From the NCBI GenBank assembly GCA_040255465.1, contig JBDZVA010000002.1:418274-482273 (forward strand): 64,000 nucleotides of DNA. Reading direction: 5' to 3'. Of this stretch, positions 44,901 to 54,621 are shown in pieces. Under the pieces are notes generated by a model that did not search any database, had not been told where the DNA came from, and saw only the letters and a program-made list of their open reading frames with translations. A program made the translations under genes and the position numbers. Origin of the DNA: Planctomycetaceae bacterium (GTDB taxonomy: Bacteria; Planctomycetota; Phycisphaerae; Phycisphaerales; UBA5793). Position 1 is the first letter of the stretch. Every line of letters begins with the position of its first letter.

Positions 44901-45716
44901 CACGACTTCAAGGTCGGTGCCGTCGGGATTGCAACGGAACACGGCTCCGGCGCCGGGACTGTGCAGCACTTCACCATCGGGCAGCGTGAGGTGATACCCC
45001 CGATCGCCAATGGACCAGTAGAGCTTGCCATCGGGACCCCAGATCAGGCCGTGCATGTCGTGGCCGCGCAGAGTGACGCGCACGCCGAACCCAGTCTGCA
45101 GGACGGTCTTGAAATCAGCCTTGAAATCACCATCGCGGTCTCGCAGCAGCCAGAGGTTGGGAATGTTGGTGAGATAGACATCTCCGTCGCGTGCGATCAG
45201 GCCGGCAGCAGTTCCATCGAGCGGTTTGTTGAATCCGTCGGCAAAGATGTAAGACGCATCGGCATGGCCGTCGCCGGTCTGGTCAACCAGCATGCGCACG
45301 CGGTCTTCATGCTCGGTGTAGTAGGCCATGCCATTGGGCCGCTTGAACGCCCATTTCTTGTACATGGCCAGCCGATCCTGCACCGTCTGGGAGGCGATGT
45401 CATCCATCAGCCAGTAGGGCTGGCTGCGATTGTCTTCGATGCCCAGTTCCTGCCGGAACGACTCGGCGACGAAGATCCGACCCTGCTCGTCGATGCAGAA
45501 CGCCACCGGATCCATGACCAGCGGTTCGGCGGCCCAGAGAGCGGACTCGAAACCGTCGGGAATCGCCATGGCATGCAGCGCGCGAAGCGGAGCCGGGAGT
45601 TCTGAATCTGTCGTGGACGGTGAAGAGTCGATCGCCTGCCGCCAGCCCAATGAGGTTGATGTGGTCGCGCCGAGCGCGACAAGCGCGTACAGAATCAGGT
45701 GTTGAGAGTGGTTCAT
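41961..45716 (-). CDS. PVC-type heme-binding membrane-bound dehydrogenase-domain protein (beta-propeller, HEAT repeats, PA14, cytochrome c)
   Basis: WAAEPLV.DPVAF, GHDMHGL..GPDG, GLRNPQELAFD; HEAT repeats; SDDDS/HYEGSGGDH PA14; SCMRCH..GPDL. Confidence 0.88.
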   Translation of the reverse strand: MNHSQHLILYALVALGATTSTSLGWRQAIDSSPSTTDSELPAPLRALHAMAIPDGFESALWAAEPLVMDPVAFCIDEQGRIFVAESFRQELGIEDNRSQPYWLMDDIASQTVQDRLAMYKKWAFKRPNGMAYYTEHEDRVRMLVDQTGDGHADASYIFADGFNKPLDGTAAGLIARDGDVYLTNIPNLWLLRDRDGDFKADFKTVLQTGFGVRVTLRGHDMHGLIWGPDGKLYWSIGDRGYHLTLPDGEVLHSPGAGAVFRCNPDGTDLEVVHHGLRNPQELAFDKYGNLFTGDNNSDAGDRARLVYIVEGGETGWNMSYQTLEGANLRGPWSQEGIWEMPHEGQPAWTLPPVAHVTSGPSGFVYYPGVGLPNRYEGHFFLCDFRGGNDSSQIVSFGVQPDGAGFRMVDQHTFVSHVLATDVDFGFDGKMYISDWGAGWTGNGEGRIYTVWNPQTRADSRVSEVEKIFREGFKHRSDAELGRLLEHADMRVRLRAEFALADRGLPAADLLCDLAHQSANQLARLHAIWGLGIIARQCDLPRTDPDFPIARIADLLDDADPEVRAQLARTIGDVKFAPAAESLQQALLDDSPRVKYFAAMALGHLQYRNAIDDLITLIWTNDNRDVYLRHAGVMALYWMNDLDAVLKYVADDSPAIRLAALLVLRRAEDPRIADFLADKDERLVTEAARAINDLQIDAATPALAAMLKPASAEMLDLDEAAHSPHHFTRTWYRNASKRLLTPGAGRVRDALERLDLVGVIPADETDETDVLAGKVNFAEDFITRITGTIVAPQTGDYCFQIASDDDSVLALSTDESPAHLRRIAFIDGWVSENQWDAQPSQTSEPIHLEAGRSYRIEIRHYEGSGGDHVAVGWILPDGKIERPIGAGVQVKGNEPLLRRAINANLRLGRARNAAVLADLARDPSVPLSMRLEAMGALADWTDPSPRDRVNGFFRPVDQSKRDPASIVPVLERKLPGLIAHATAPVASAGRKLAAQYTIQLDNGANLKAVLDPTLPDQDRGQALLQLSRDRDGTFDTALAAALSSDRPALRALARDVIARIDPDRARREFIAALDGSTIIEQQAAIRGLAGMDAPEAVDAIAGLARRLQAGQLPHELYLETIQAVESSPAIELRKYRVPDLGAAPNVDLSSLAAQSLLVGGDAEAGRAVFTGSSAVSCMRCHAIDGAGGEAGPDLATVGSRLSREQIVQSLLDPNAVLADGFTPPSAMIPVGPHLTHRQIRDLVEFLTTLQSN

Positions 45717-45897
45717 AGCCCGGATTGTACCTGTTCGCGCGGCGGTGGTGCGCTAGTTTTATCACTGTTTGAGATCACGTTGTCCACATTGCCCGGAATC
45801 GTGCGGACTAGACTCGTCGTCAATCCTGAGAACAGGCACGCGGCGGGATCGGAGGAAATCGCGCAACTCCAACAGACACCAGAGCAGGAGACGCATT

Positions 45898-46644
45898 ATG
45901 GTCGGTCGTGTGGCGGCGATGAGTTACGGCATCGTGGCGTATTTGGTTTTCTTCTTCACGTTTCTCTATGCGATTGGATTTGTCGGCAACTGGGTCGTGC
46001 CGAAGTCGATCGACTCTGGTGAGTCCGGACCACTGGCGATGTCGCTGATCATTAACGCGCTTCTGCTGAGCGTGTTTGTCGTTCAGCACACGATCATGGC
46101 TCGGCCGGCATTCAAGAGATGGATCACGCAGTTCATCCCATCTGCGATCGAGCGCAGTACGTTTGTGCTGCTCGCGAGCCTCGCGCTGGCGCTTGTCTTC
46201 GCATTCTGGCGACCGGCCCCTTCGGTGCTGTATGACGTGAGCGCGACGTGGGCCAACTGGCCGCTCATCGCGCTGTCCCTGGCTGGCTGGGCCACCGTGC
46301 TTCTGTCGTCCTTCGTGATCAGCCACTTTGATCTCTTCGGCCTGAGGCAGGTGTACCTGTACTGGCGAGGACGAGCGTACCACTACCCGCCTTTTCGAAT
46401 CGCCGGCGTTTACAAACTGGTGCGCCATCCGCTGATGGTCGGCTTTATCATCGCGTTCTGGGCCACGCCGACGATGACCGTCGGCCATCTCTTTTTCGCG
46501 GTGATGACCACGGGCTACATCTTCATGGGCGTGTGGTTTGAAGAACGCGACCTGGTGAGCCACTTCGGCGAGAAGTACATCGCCTACCGGCGGCAGGTGC
46601 ACGGCATTCTCCCCATTCCGAAGAAGGGCTCGCGATCGGAGTAA
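45898..46644 (+). CDS. mddA: Methanethiol S-methyltransferase-like (ICMT/NnrU superfamily)
   Basis: FLYAIGFVGN..VPKSID, QHTIMARPAFK, IERSTFVL, HFDLFGLRQV, VRHPLMVGF..FWATPTMTVGHL, EERDL. Confidence 0.8.
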   Translation: MVGRVAAMSYGIVAYLVFFFTFLYAIGFVGNWVVPKSIDSGESGPLAMSLIINALLLSVFVVQHTIMARPAFKRWITQFIPSAIERSTFVLLASLALALVFAFWRPAPSVLYDVSATWANWPLIALSLAGWATVLLSSFVISHFDLFGLRQVYLYWRGRAYHYPPFRIAGVYKLVRHPLMVGFIIAFWATPTMTVGHLFFAVMTTGYIFMGVWFEERDLVSHFGEKYIAYRRQVHGILPIPKKGSRSE

Positions 46645-46778
46645 CGCCGGGCCGGCGCGTGAAGGGAAATCACCGCGAAGTGTGAAACCGAGGCCGTCGG
46701 AACAAGAACAACCCTCTGGCGGATGCATCGAGTTGGTACAATCGATCAGCCGACGCGAGCCGGCACATTTGAGGGTTC

Positions 46779-47183
46779 ATGCACGACAGCAACTTGATCT
46801 TCGCCTGGTTCTGGATTCTCACCGGTCTGGTTGCCGGCGCGATGCAGGGCATCGGCTTCCATCGCGACGACTGGATGGGGGGATACGACTCCTGGCGGCG
46901 ACGGCTGACGCGTCTGGGCCACATTGCGTTTCTCGGCACTGCGATGATCAACCTCGCTTTCGCATTCACCCTCCGCATCTTCAATCTGGAAGGCCCGATG
47001 CTGCCGTGGGTAGGTTGGCTTCTAATACTCGGCGCCGCCTCCATGCCCGTCGTGTGTTATCTTGCGGCGTGGCGCAAGTCCTTGCGCAATCTGTTCGTCG
47101 TTCCGGTTCTTTCGCTGATTGGCGGAGTCAGTCTGTTTGTGTTTGCGATCCTGAGCACTGATCTTCCCGGAGCGACGCCATGA
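46779..47183 (+). CDS. Four-TM membrane protein
   Basis: Hydrophobic helices; RRRLTRLGHIAF; overlaps the next gene by 4 bp. Confidence 0.7.
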   Translation: MHDSNLIFAWFWILTGLVAGAMQGIGFHRDDWMGGYDSWRRRLTRLGHIAFLGTAMINLAFAFTLRIFNLEGPMLPWVGWLLILGAASMPVVCYLAAWRKSLRNLFVVPVLSLIGGVSLFVFAILSTDLPGATP

Positions 47184-48511
47184 AGATCGGTCTGATCGCC
47201 ATGAGCGGTGTGCGGGCGTGTGACGAGGAACTGCTGCGGCTCGGATTGACGCTGCCCGGGTTCGTCGAGCGGAGTAAGACCATTGCGTCGCTGCCCAGCC
47301 TCGGTCTGCTGACGCTCGCGGCCCTGACGCCGCGCGGACATGAAATCGCCTACCGCGAGGTCGATGATGTCAACGCGCTCGGCCCTGATCTGGAGGCGTT
47401 TGATCTCGTGGCGATCTCGACCTTCACCGCACAAGTTGACGAAGCGTACGGGTTAGCTGATCGATATCGCGCAATGGGAATTCCGGTCGTCATGGGTGGC
47501 CTGCACGTGACGACGCTTCCTGACGAAGCCGCCGCACACTGCGATGCCGTCATCGTCGGCGAAGGCGAGGTCTGCTGGCCGCAGGTGGTGCTCGACGCGG
47601 CGAGGGGACGCCTTCGACCCATCTACCACAGTCGGCCGCGCGAGTTCGATCTGGCCGAAGCGCCCATGCCCGCGTTTGAGTTGCTTGACCTGGAAAAGTA
47701 CAACCGCCTGACGGTGCAGACGTCGCGCGGCTGTCCGCTGCGCTGTTCGTTTTGCGCCAGTTCGATTCTGTTGACGCCGAAGTACAAGCAGAAGCCTGTG
47801 GAGAAGGTGTTGGCGGAGATCGATCGCGTCCGTGAACTCTGGTCGCGACCGTTCATCGAGTTCGCCGATGACAACAGTTTCATCAACCGCGCCTACTGGA
47901 AGCGACTGCTGCCCGAGCTGGCAACACGGCAGGTGAAGTGGTTCACCGAATCCGACATCCGCATCGGCGAGGACGATGAACTGCTCGGCCTCATGCGCCG
48001 GGCCGGGTGCGCCGAGGTGCTCATCGGTCTGGAAAGCCCGATGGAGGATGGGTTGACGGGCCTGGAACTGCAAACCGATTGGAAGCACAAGCGATGGCCG
48101 CGCTACGAGCAAGCGGTGCGGAACATCCAGTCGCACGGCATCCGCGTCAACGGCTGCTTTATCGTCGGCCTCGACGGGCACACGCCGGAAATCTTTGACT
48201 CCATCTACCTGTTCGCGCAGCGGCTCAGTCTGTTCGACGTGCAGATCACGCTGCCTACGCCGTTTCCGGGTACAGCCCTCTACGAGCAACTGCGGCAGCA
48301 GGGACGCCTTTTTGAGGAGCGGCCGTGGCGCCAGTGCACTCTTTTTGATCTGACATTCGAGCCAACGCCGATGAGCGCTGCGGAACTCAGGGCGGGGTTT
48401 CACGAACTTGCCACCCGGCTCTACGGTGACGAGTTCACCCAACAGCGTCGAGCTGGGTTCCGGCGCCAGTACCGCGAATCAGCCCGACTTCGATCAAGGA
48501 GAGCGTCATGA
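47180..48511 (+). CDS. B12-binding radical SAM protein
   Basis: PSLGLLTLAA, VVMGGLH, GEGE, TSRGCPLRCSFC, FADDN, TPFPGT.LY. Confidence 0.9.
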   Translation: MKIGLIAMSGVRACDEELLRLGLTLPGFVERSKTIASLPSLGLLTLAALTPRGHEIAYREVDDVNALGPDLEAFDLVAISTFTAQVDEAYGLADRYRAMGIPVVMGGLHVTTLPDEAAAHCDAVIVGEGEVCWPQVVLDAARGRLRPIYHSRPREFDLAEAPMPAFELLDLEKYNRLTVQTSRGCPLRCSFCASSILLTPKYKQKPVEKVLAEIDRVRELWSRPFIEFADDNSFINRAYWKRLLPELATRQVKWFTESDIRIGEDDELLGLMRRAGCAEVLIGLESPMEDGLTGLELQTDWKHKRWPRYEQAVRNIQSHGIRVNGCFIVGLDGHTPEIFDSIYLFAQRLSLFDVQITLPTPFPGTALYEQLRQQGRLFEERPWRQCTLFDLTFEPTPMSAAELRAGFHELATRLYGDEFTQQRRAGFRRQYRESARLRSRRAS

Positions 48512-48921
48512 AGAACATCATGGTGGTTCGTGGCCTTCTCGGTCTTATGGCCCTGTACGACGGGCTGCTTGGGATCGCTTTCCTGTTCGCCGGTCCGAAG
48601 CTGTTTGATGCGATGGAGGTCACGCCGCCCAACCACTGGGGCTATGTCCAGTTCAGCGCGGCTGTGTTGCTCATCTTCGCGCTGATGCTCCTCGCTGCGG
48701 CCAAACGGCCCGTTGTGAATCGCGGCCTGCTGCCGTACTGCTTCCTGCTCAAGATCGCCTACAGCGGCGTGGTGTTCTACCACTGGTTTCTGGGCGACGG
48801 TTTGCCGGGGATCTGGAAGCCCTTCGCCATCGCCGACCTCGCCATGGCGGGGGTCCTCGCGTGGATGTACCTCGCCATCCGCCGCCTCGCCGCCCAGGCC
48901 CGTCTCGGACAGAGCTCATGA
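48508..48921 (+). CDS. Four-TM membrane protein
   Basis: Hydrophobic helices; SD AAGGAG; ATGA overlap with the upstream gene. Confidence 0.7.
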   Translation: MKNIMVVRGLLGLMALYDGLLGIAFLFAGPKLFDAMEVTPPNHWGYVQFSAAVLLIFALMLLAAAKRPVVNRGLLPYCFLLKIAYSGVVFYHWFLGDGLPGIWKPFAIADLAMAGVLAWMYLAIRRLAAQARLGQSS

Positions 48922-50180
48922 GAGCGCCGGTCCTGCTTCGGTACCTCGTTGGTGATCGCAAGGCCATCGAGGCCATCGCGCGCAGTCCGTGGTCGATCGC
49001 CTACGGCGCGGTCTTTGTTCTTTCCGCCGCGCTCGCGCGTGAGTACGACGGCCATGATCTCGTGCACGAGCCTTGGCGGCTGCTCGAGCCGTTCGGCGCG
49101 TCGCTCATCTCCGCAACGGTGCTTTTCATGCTGATCCACTTCATTGCTTGCTTTCGCGTTGACGCCGACCAGCGCAATTGGCCCAACCCATTACAGGCGT
49201 GGCGCGTATTCATGTCGCTGTTCTGGATGACAGCACCCCTGGCGTGGTTCTACGCCATCCCGTACGAACGATTCCTGTCCGCTCCCGGCGCGGTGGAGGC
49301 CAATCTCTGGACGCTGGCTGTCGTGGCGACGTGGCGCGTGCTGCTGATCACCCGTGCGATCAGCGTGCTCTACGGCGTCAACGTGATCGCCACCTTCTTC
49401 ATCGTCATGGTCTTTGCCGATGCCGTCGTCTTCACCGTGACGCAGATCGCTGCGGTCCCGGTGATCGACCTCATGGGCGGAATCAGATACACCACGCAGG
49501 AGCGATTGCTCGCCAGTGCCGCATTCCTCGTCACGACGCTCTCGGTGTTCTCGGCCCCCGTGTGGATCATTGGAGGATTGGCAAGCATCTCGTTTTTCAA
49601 GCCGCGATGGCTCGCGGATGCACAGGAGTCGCCCGTCCCGCATCACGGCGGTCTCGGCACGGTTGCCGCGCTGGCGATCATCGTGCCGCTTTTCGCCACC
49701 GCGTTCACACAGTCTGAGCAAATTCACAAGCGCGAGGCGGAGAGATTACTGCGCACTGGTCAGGTCGCGGAAGCGTTCGCCATGATGTCACGATTCGCGG
49801 AAGGTGAATTCCCGCCGCATTGGGATCCGCCGCCTCGTCTCGGACGCAACGATCGAATCCCTGACCTCGAGTCCGTACATCATGTGATGCTACAGCAGTG
49901 GCCCGCCGACTGGGTTGCGCGCATTTACCTCGACAAGATGCACCAGGCCGTGCTTCAGAACGTATTCCCCTATTCGCATCAATGGGGCTGGCCCGATATC
50001 GTAAAAGAAGAACTGGGAGAATCGCTGAGAGTCTACCAGGTAAAGCAGGTCGCCGCCCACAGTGAGATGATCGAGTTTCTGCGCGATCGTGATCCTGATT
50101 TGACCGCCGAGGATCGCCGCGCCATCGACTTGCTCCTGGCGCGAGTGCTACAGGATGCGGACGGCTCAGCCGATCATTGA
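48918..50180 (+). CDS. Multi-pass membrane protein
   Basis: About 7 hydrophobic helices plus a soluble C-terminus; ATGA overlap. Confidence 0.7.
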   Translation: MRAPVLLRYLVGDRKAIEAIARSPWSIAYGAVFVLSAALAREYDGHDLVHEPWRLLEPFGASLISATVLFMLIHFIACFRVDADQRNWPNPLQAWRVFMSLFWMTAPLAWFYAIPYERFLSAPGAVEANLWTLAVVATWRVLLITRAISVLYGVNVIATFFIVMVFADAVVFTVTQIAAVPVIDLMGGIRYTTQERLLASAAFLVTTLSVFSAPVWIIGGLASISFFKPRWLADAQESPVPHHGGLGTVAALAIIVPLFATAFTQSEQIHKREAERLLRTGQVAEAFAMMSRFAEGEFPPHWDPPPRLGRNDRIPDLESVHHVMLQQWPADWVARIYLDKMHQAVLQNVFPYSHQWGWPDIVKEELGESLRVYQVKQVAAHSEMIEFLRDRDPDLTAEDRRAIDLLLARVLQDADGSADH

Positions 50181-50216
50181 CGAACAGCATTCACATCCCC
50201 CATCCGAGATCCGCAG

Positions 50217-51317
50217 TCAGGAAATGCTCAACGTCGGCTGCGCCACCACGTTGCGCATCGTCGCCATCGAGACCTGCGCTGCAAGATTCTGGACCACCCT
50301 GGTGAGCGAATCGGCAAGCGGTCCGGGCGTCTCGAAGTTGGCCGTGGGGTTGCCGGTATCTCCGTTGACTCGAAGTTCGGGTGTAATTGGAATGCCGCCG
50401 AGGTAAGGCAGATTCATCTCCTGGGCCATGACCTCCGCGCCGCCGCGGCCGAAGATGTCGTATTCGGCGCCATGTTCGCAGATAAAGTAGCTCATGTTCT
50501 CAACCACTCCGAGGATGTGCACGCCCAGCTGCTGGAACATCCGCACGGCTCGCCGCGCATCATCCTGTGCCACGCGTTGCGGCGTGCAGACGATCACGGC
50601 GCCAGTAAGTGCGAGCATCTGCGCCAAGGTGAGCGGCACATCGCCGGTGCCCGGCGGCAGGTCGATGATGAGGTAGTCCAGTTCGCCCCAGTTGGTTTGG
50701 GTGGCGAGTTGCTTGAACGCACCGTGCGCCATGGGGCCGCGCCAGATGAGTGGTTTCTCAGGTTCGACGAGCACACCGATGGTCATTGAGACAATGCCGT
50801 GCGCTTGGAAGGGCTGGATGAGGTTGTTGTGGGCTTTGACCTCGGACGCTTTCAGGCCGAGCATCGTGGGCATCGATGGGCCGTAGATATCGCCATCGAG
50901 CAAACCGACGCGGGCGCCGAATCGAGCCAGGCCGACAGCGAGGTTGACCGCGACGGTGGACTTGCCCACGCCGCCTTTGCCGGCGCCGACCGCGATGATG
51001 TTGCGCACGTTGGGCAGCGGATTGTCCTTGCCGGCCACTCTCTCCTGTGGGCTGCGAACGTCGGCGGTAAAGTCAACATCGATGCGGCTGAGACGCTCGC
51101 CCTTGCTCGCCGCCTTGGCATGCACGGCCTTCTCGATGTCGCTGCGAATCTTGTCCTTGAGCGGGCAGGCCGGCGTGGTCAGTTCGACCGTGATGTCAAC
51201 GGCACTGCCGTCTACCGCCACGTTCTTGACCATGTTCAGCGTGACCAGGTCTTTGTGGAGGTCAGGATCGTTGACGGTGCGCAGGGCGTCGATGACATCG
51301 TCTTTATTCAGAGGCAT
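50217..51317 (-). CDS. mrp: Mrp/ApbC Fe-S cluster carrier ATPase
   Basis: DPDLHKDLV..LTTPACP, GKGGVGKST, DGDIYGPS, WRGPM, DLPPGTGD, ENMSYF. Confidence 0.93.
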   Translation of the reverse strand: MPLNKDDVIDALRTVNDPDLHKDLVTLNMVKNVAVDGSAVDITVELTTPACPLKDKIRSDIEKAVHAKAASKGERLSRIDVDFTADVRSPQERVAGKDNPLPNVRNIIAVGAGKGGVGKSTVAVNLAVGLARFGARVGLLDGDIYGPSMPTMLGLKASEVKAHNNLIQPFQAHGIVSMTIGVLVEPEKPLIWRGPMAHGAFKQLATQTNWGELDYLIIDLPPGTGDVPLTLAQMLALTGAVIVCTPQRVAQDDARRAVRMFQQLGVHILGVVENMSYFICEHGAEYDIFGRGGAEVMAQEMNLPYLGGIPITPELRVNGDTGNPTANFETPGPLADSLTRVVQNLAAQVSMATMRNVVAQPTLSIS

Positions 51318-51455
51318 GAATACGGCTCCATGAAGGGGCGAAGAGCAAGGTATGGATAATAGGGGAGAGGTGATCGTCTCGCCGCGACGGAGCCCAAAAG
51401 GAGGGTGATGCTGGAGGGGAGCGCGCTCCGGGTGTTCTGCGACTACCCTTTCCAC

Positions 51456-52883
51456 ATGACAGACCAACTGCACATCGACATCGCCAACTGCCTCACCGAT
51501 CGCGTCGGCGCCAAGCATGGGATCGCGGCTGCCGACTTGAACGCTGCTCAATCGCGCATGGGCGACCTGACCGACCGCCTCGCGGCCATGGATAGGGATG
51601 GTGACACGCGCTGGCGCGGCCTTTGCCACGACCCGATGCGCAAGGAACATGTCAGCGCCGTGAATCAGGTCGTGGCCGACACCAATGCCTACTTCGAGTC
51701 CAACTCCAAAGGCAAGCGGTGCAAGCATCTCATCGTGCTTGGGATTGGCGGCTCCGCGCTGGGCAACATCGCGCTGCAAGGCGCGCTCAAGGAGCACGTC
51801 CATAACCTCACGCCGTGTACGCATCGCGTTGGGCCCCGTCTGTACGTGCTCGACAACGTCGATCCCCATTTCGTCGGCGACACGATTCGGCATCTTGAGA
51901 CCAAGGATCCGGGCCTCAAGCACACCGCCGTCAATGTCATCTCCAAGTCGGGCGAGACGGCTGAGACGGCAGCGCAATTCATGATCTTCCGAGACTGGCT
52001 CAAATCGCACCTCGGCGATTCCTACCGCCAGCACATTGTCGCCATCACCGATCCGAGCCGGGGCACGATGCGATCCATCGTCGACGACGAGGGCTATGCC
52101 ACGTTGCCGGTACCTGATGGTGTCGGCGGGCGCTTCAGTGTCCTTTCGCCGGTTGGACTTTTCAGCGCCGCGATGTGTGGCATCGACATCAGCGCCCTGC
52201 TCGCCGGCGCCGCGGCCATGGACCTGCGCTGCCGTCTGCGCGAACTCAGAAGCAATCCCGCGGCGATGATCGCCTGGCTGCTGATGGAGTTCAATCTTCG
52301 CGGCAAGGGCAACCACGTGATGATGCCCTACTGCAACGCGCTCTACAGCCTGGCGGACTGGTACCGGCAGTTGTGGGCCGAGAGCCTGGGCAAGCGAGTC
52401 GACCTGCAGGGTCGCGAGGTCTTTGCCGGCGCGACGCCCATCAAAGCGCTGGGTACGACAGATCAGCACTCGCAGGTGCAACTCTATCGCGAAGGACCAA
52501 ATGACAAAGTCTTCGGGTTCGTCGACGTGGCGAAGTGGGATCGCGATGTTACGATCCCCAGCAACCTCAAGGTTGATGCGATCTCCTACCTCCAGGGCCA
52601 CACGCTCGGTGAGCTCATCGCAGCCGAGAAACGCGCCACGGAATACGCCCTTGTGGAGAGCGAGCGGCCGAACTTCACCATCACCCTGCCGCGATTGGGC
52701 GCCCATCACGTCGGTGAGTTCATCCAGTTGTGGGAAGTCATTACCGCATACGCCGGGCTGCTGCTCAACATCAACGCCTATGACCAACCGGCCGTGGAGA
52801 CAGGCAAAGTCGCGACGTTCGGCTTGATGGGCCGCAACGGCTATGCCGAGTGGAAAACGAAGGTGGAGACTCGGTTGGGGTAG
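51456..52883 (+). CDS. pgi: Glucose-6-phosphate isomerase
   Basis: LGIGGSALG, SKSGETAET, VGGRFSVLS, QLWAESLGK, DQHSQVQLY, YDQPAVE.GK. Confidence 0.95.
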   Translation: MTDQLHIDIANCLTDRVGAKHGIAAADLNAAQSRMGDLTDRLAAMDRDGDTRWRGLCHDPMRKEHVSAVNQVVADTNAYFESNSKGKRCKHLIVLGIGGSALGNIALQGALKEHVHNLTPCTHRVGPRLYVLDNVDPHFVGDTIRHLETKDPGLKHTAVNVISKSGETAETAAQFMIFRDWLKSHLGDSYRQHIVAITDPSRGTMRSIVDDEGYATLPVPDGVGGRFSVLSPVGLFSAAMCGIDISALLAGAAAMDLRCRLRELRSNPAAMIAWLLMEFNLRGKGNHVMMPYCNALYSLADWYRQLWAESLGKRVDLQGREVFAGATPIKALGTTDQHSQVQLYREGPNDKVFGFVDVAKWDRDVTIPSNLKVDAISYLQGHTLGELIAAEKRATEYALVESERPNFTITLPRLGAHHVGEFIQLWEVITAYAGLLLNINAYDQPAVETGKVATFGLMGRNGYAEWKTKVETRLG

Positions 52884-52926
52884 TGACGACGATCTTGAGA
52901 TGGGTAATTCTCACAGGAGAGTCTGC

Positions 52927-53481
52927 GTGGACCGTACCTGCTTCCTCATTCTGCTCGCCGGGTTTCTATTCACGGCATCGCTCACGATGACTGGCTGTGC
53001 GACGGCGCCCACCACCGATACTGCCAGAACGAGTCTCCGAAATGAGGCGCGTGCGACGGTCAGCGCCGCGCGTCGAAGTGATCCCTCGCTGTCGAGCGTC
53101 CTGAACAGATCGCGCGGCTACGCCGTGTTCCCGACGGTGGGCAAGGGAGCGATTGGCGTCGGTGGCGCCTACGGACGGGGCGTACTCTTCCAGAGTGGCT
53201 CTCCTGTCGGCTACTGCGACCTCAGCCAGGCCTCCATCGGATTCCAGATCGGCGGACAGTCGTATTCCGAGATTATCGTGTTCGAGACCAGGGCCGCCGT
53301 CGAAACCTTCAAACAAGGCAACTTTCACTTCGACGCCCAGGCAACCGCGGTCGCCCTGACCGCCGGCGCCGGCGCCAACGCCAGGTTCGCCGACGGCGTG
53401 ATGGTCTTCACTTTTGGCGAGGCGGGGCTGATGTACGAAGCCTCGATCGGTGGGCAGAAATTCAGTTACAGCCCGAGGTAG
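52927..53481 (+). CDS. Ysc84/SYLF lipid-binding domain lipoprotein
   Basis: SD AGGAGA + GTG; TMTGC lipobox; AVFP.VGKG..GGAYGRG, SIGFQIGGQ, GLMYEASIGGQKF. Confidence 0.85.
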   Translation: MDRTCFLILLAGFLFTASLTMTGCATAPTTDTARTSLRNEARATVSAARRSDPSLSSVLNRSRGYAVFPTVGKGAIGVGGAYGRGVLFQSGSPVGYCDLSQASIGFQIGGQSYSEIIVFETRAAVETFKQGNFHFDAQATAVALTAGAGANARFADGVMVFTFGEAGLMYEASIGGQKFSYSPR

Positions 53482-53516
53482 CGTCGGGATGACAGATAGC
53501 CGTGACTCCGTAGTTT

Positions 53517-54383
53517 TCACCGATCGAGAGCGACCGCGTTTCCGCTCACCGTGATGCCGCCGGCCGTGGGTACTTCAACGCGCAGTTGACTTGGACGGCC
53601 CATGGTTTCTCCCTGTCGAATCAGGAACGAGGCCGGAGCCGGCAGCAGCCCCGCATCGCGCAGGTATCCGCCCAGCGCCGCGGCCGAGGCGCCGGTTGCC
53701 GGATCCTCAACCACGCCTCCAACCGGGAAGGGATTGCGCGAATGGAACACGGTGCTATTCTCGCGCCAGATGAGTTGGATCGTGGTCAGACCTGCGTCGA
53801 GCATGATCGACTTGAGTTGATCAAAGTCATATTCCAACGTAACCAGGCGCTCCGATTCCCGGGCGGCGAGTATGAGGTGCGAAGCGCCTGCGTATGCGAC
53901 TGCGGGCGGGATCGAGTCATCAAGATCACCGAGCCGCCAACCCAGCACATCGAGCACCGCATTCAGCAATGCCGGCTGCGCCGGCTCGTGACGGGGAGGA
54001 ACAGAGGTCAGCGATGCTTCCAGCATGCCACCGCGCCGGCGCACGGCGACGGTCACATCGCCTTGCGTCGTCGCGAGCCGGTAGGTTCCTTCGCCCTCCA
54101 GTTCGCCCAGCAGCACTCCCGTGGCGATCGTGGCGTGACCGCAGAAGGAGACCTCCGCCTGCGGGCTGTAGTAGCGGATGGTGCGATATGCTCCGGAAGT
54201 CGGCGCGACGAACGCAGTCTCCGAAAAGGCGACTTCTGCGGCGATGCGCTGCATCTCTGGCGCAGATGGCAGTTCCGTTCCGATCCACACGCCTGCGGGA
54301 TTCCCGCCCGCCGGATCCGTGGTGAACGCGCTCAGACGCCGGAGCATCGGGAAAGATGGGGTTTGATCGGCCGGATGCTGCAT
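53517..54383 (-). CDS. PhzF family isomerase
   Basis: AFT..GGNPAGV, SETAF, EVSFCGHATIA, EDPATGAS, QGETMGRPS. Confidence 0.9.
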   Translation of the reverse strand: MQHPADQTPSFPMLRRLSAFTTDPAGGNPAGVWIGTELPSAPEMQRIAAEVAFSETAFVAPTSGAYRTIRYYSPQAEVSFCGHATIATGVLLGELEGEGTYRLATTQGDVTVAVRRRGGMLEASLTSVPPRHEPAQPALLNAVLDVLGWRLGDLDDSIPPAVAYAGASHLILAARESERLVTLEYDFDQLKSIMLDAGLTTIQLIWRENSTVFHSRNPFPVGGVVEDPATGASAAALGGYLRDAGLLPAPASFLIRQGETMGRPSQLRVEVPTAGGITVSGNAVALDR

Positions 54384-54480
54384 GAAGATTCGAGACTCCG
54401 ATAGACTCCGGTGCTCCCACACGCAATACGCTGCGGCGGTTGGCGCGGTTCGTATCGAGCGGAGCCCATTGCGGCCTCGC

Positions 54481-54509
54481 TTGTCGATGGTGCGCCAATT
54501 TACTAGACT
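54481..54509 (+). promoter_or_regulatory. Sigma70-type promoter of crcB
   Basis: TTGTCG-N17-TAGACT. Confidence 0.6.
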
Positions 54510-54515
54510 CGCCCC

Positions 54516-54620
54516 GGCGTGGAGTCCGCTTGGCACGGGCCGTGCGACTGCCTCTCAGCGTGAACACGCGAGGCGCCGGAGACTCCCTGGGCGCAAGACA
54601 GCATGCTGTGACAGGAGTCG
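54516..54620 (+). ncRNA. Fluoride (crcB-motif) riboswitch-like leader, variant
   Basis: GGCG-UGGAGUC-CGCU 5' hairpin; downstream GACUCC can pair with either the loop GGAGUC or the SD-overlapping GGAGUC; directly upstream of crcB. Confidence 0.55.
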
Positions 54621-54621
54621 C

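Noticed and set aside
51318-52787. N-terminal extension of the 856-aa ORF 50217..52787
   Set aside because: Antisense shadow of pgi; Mrp homology begins at 51317.
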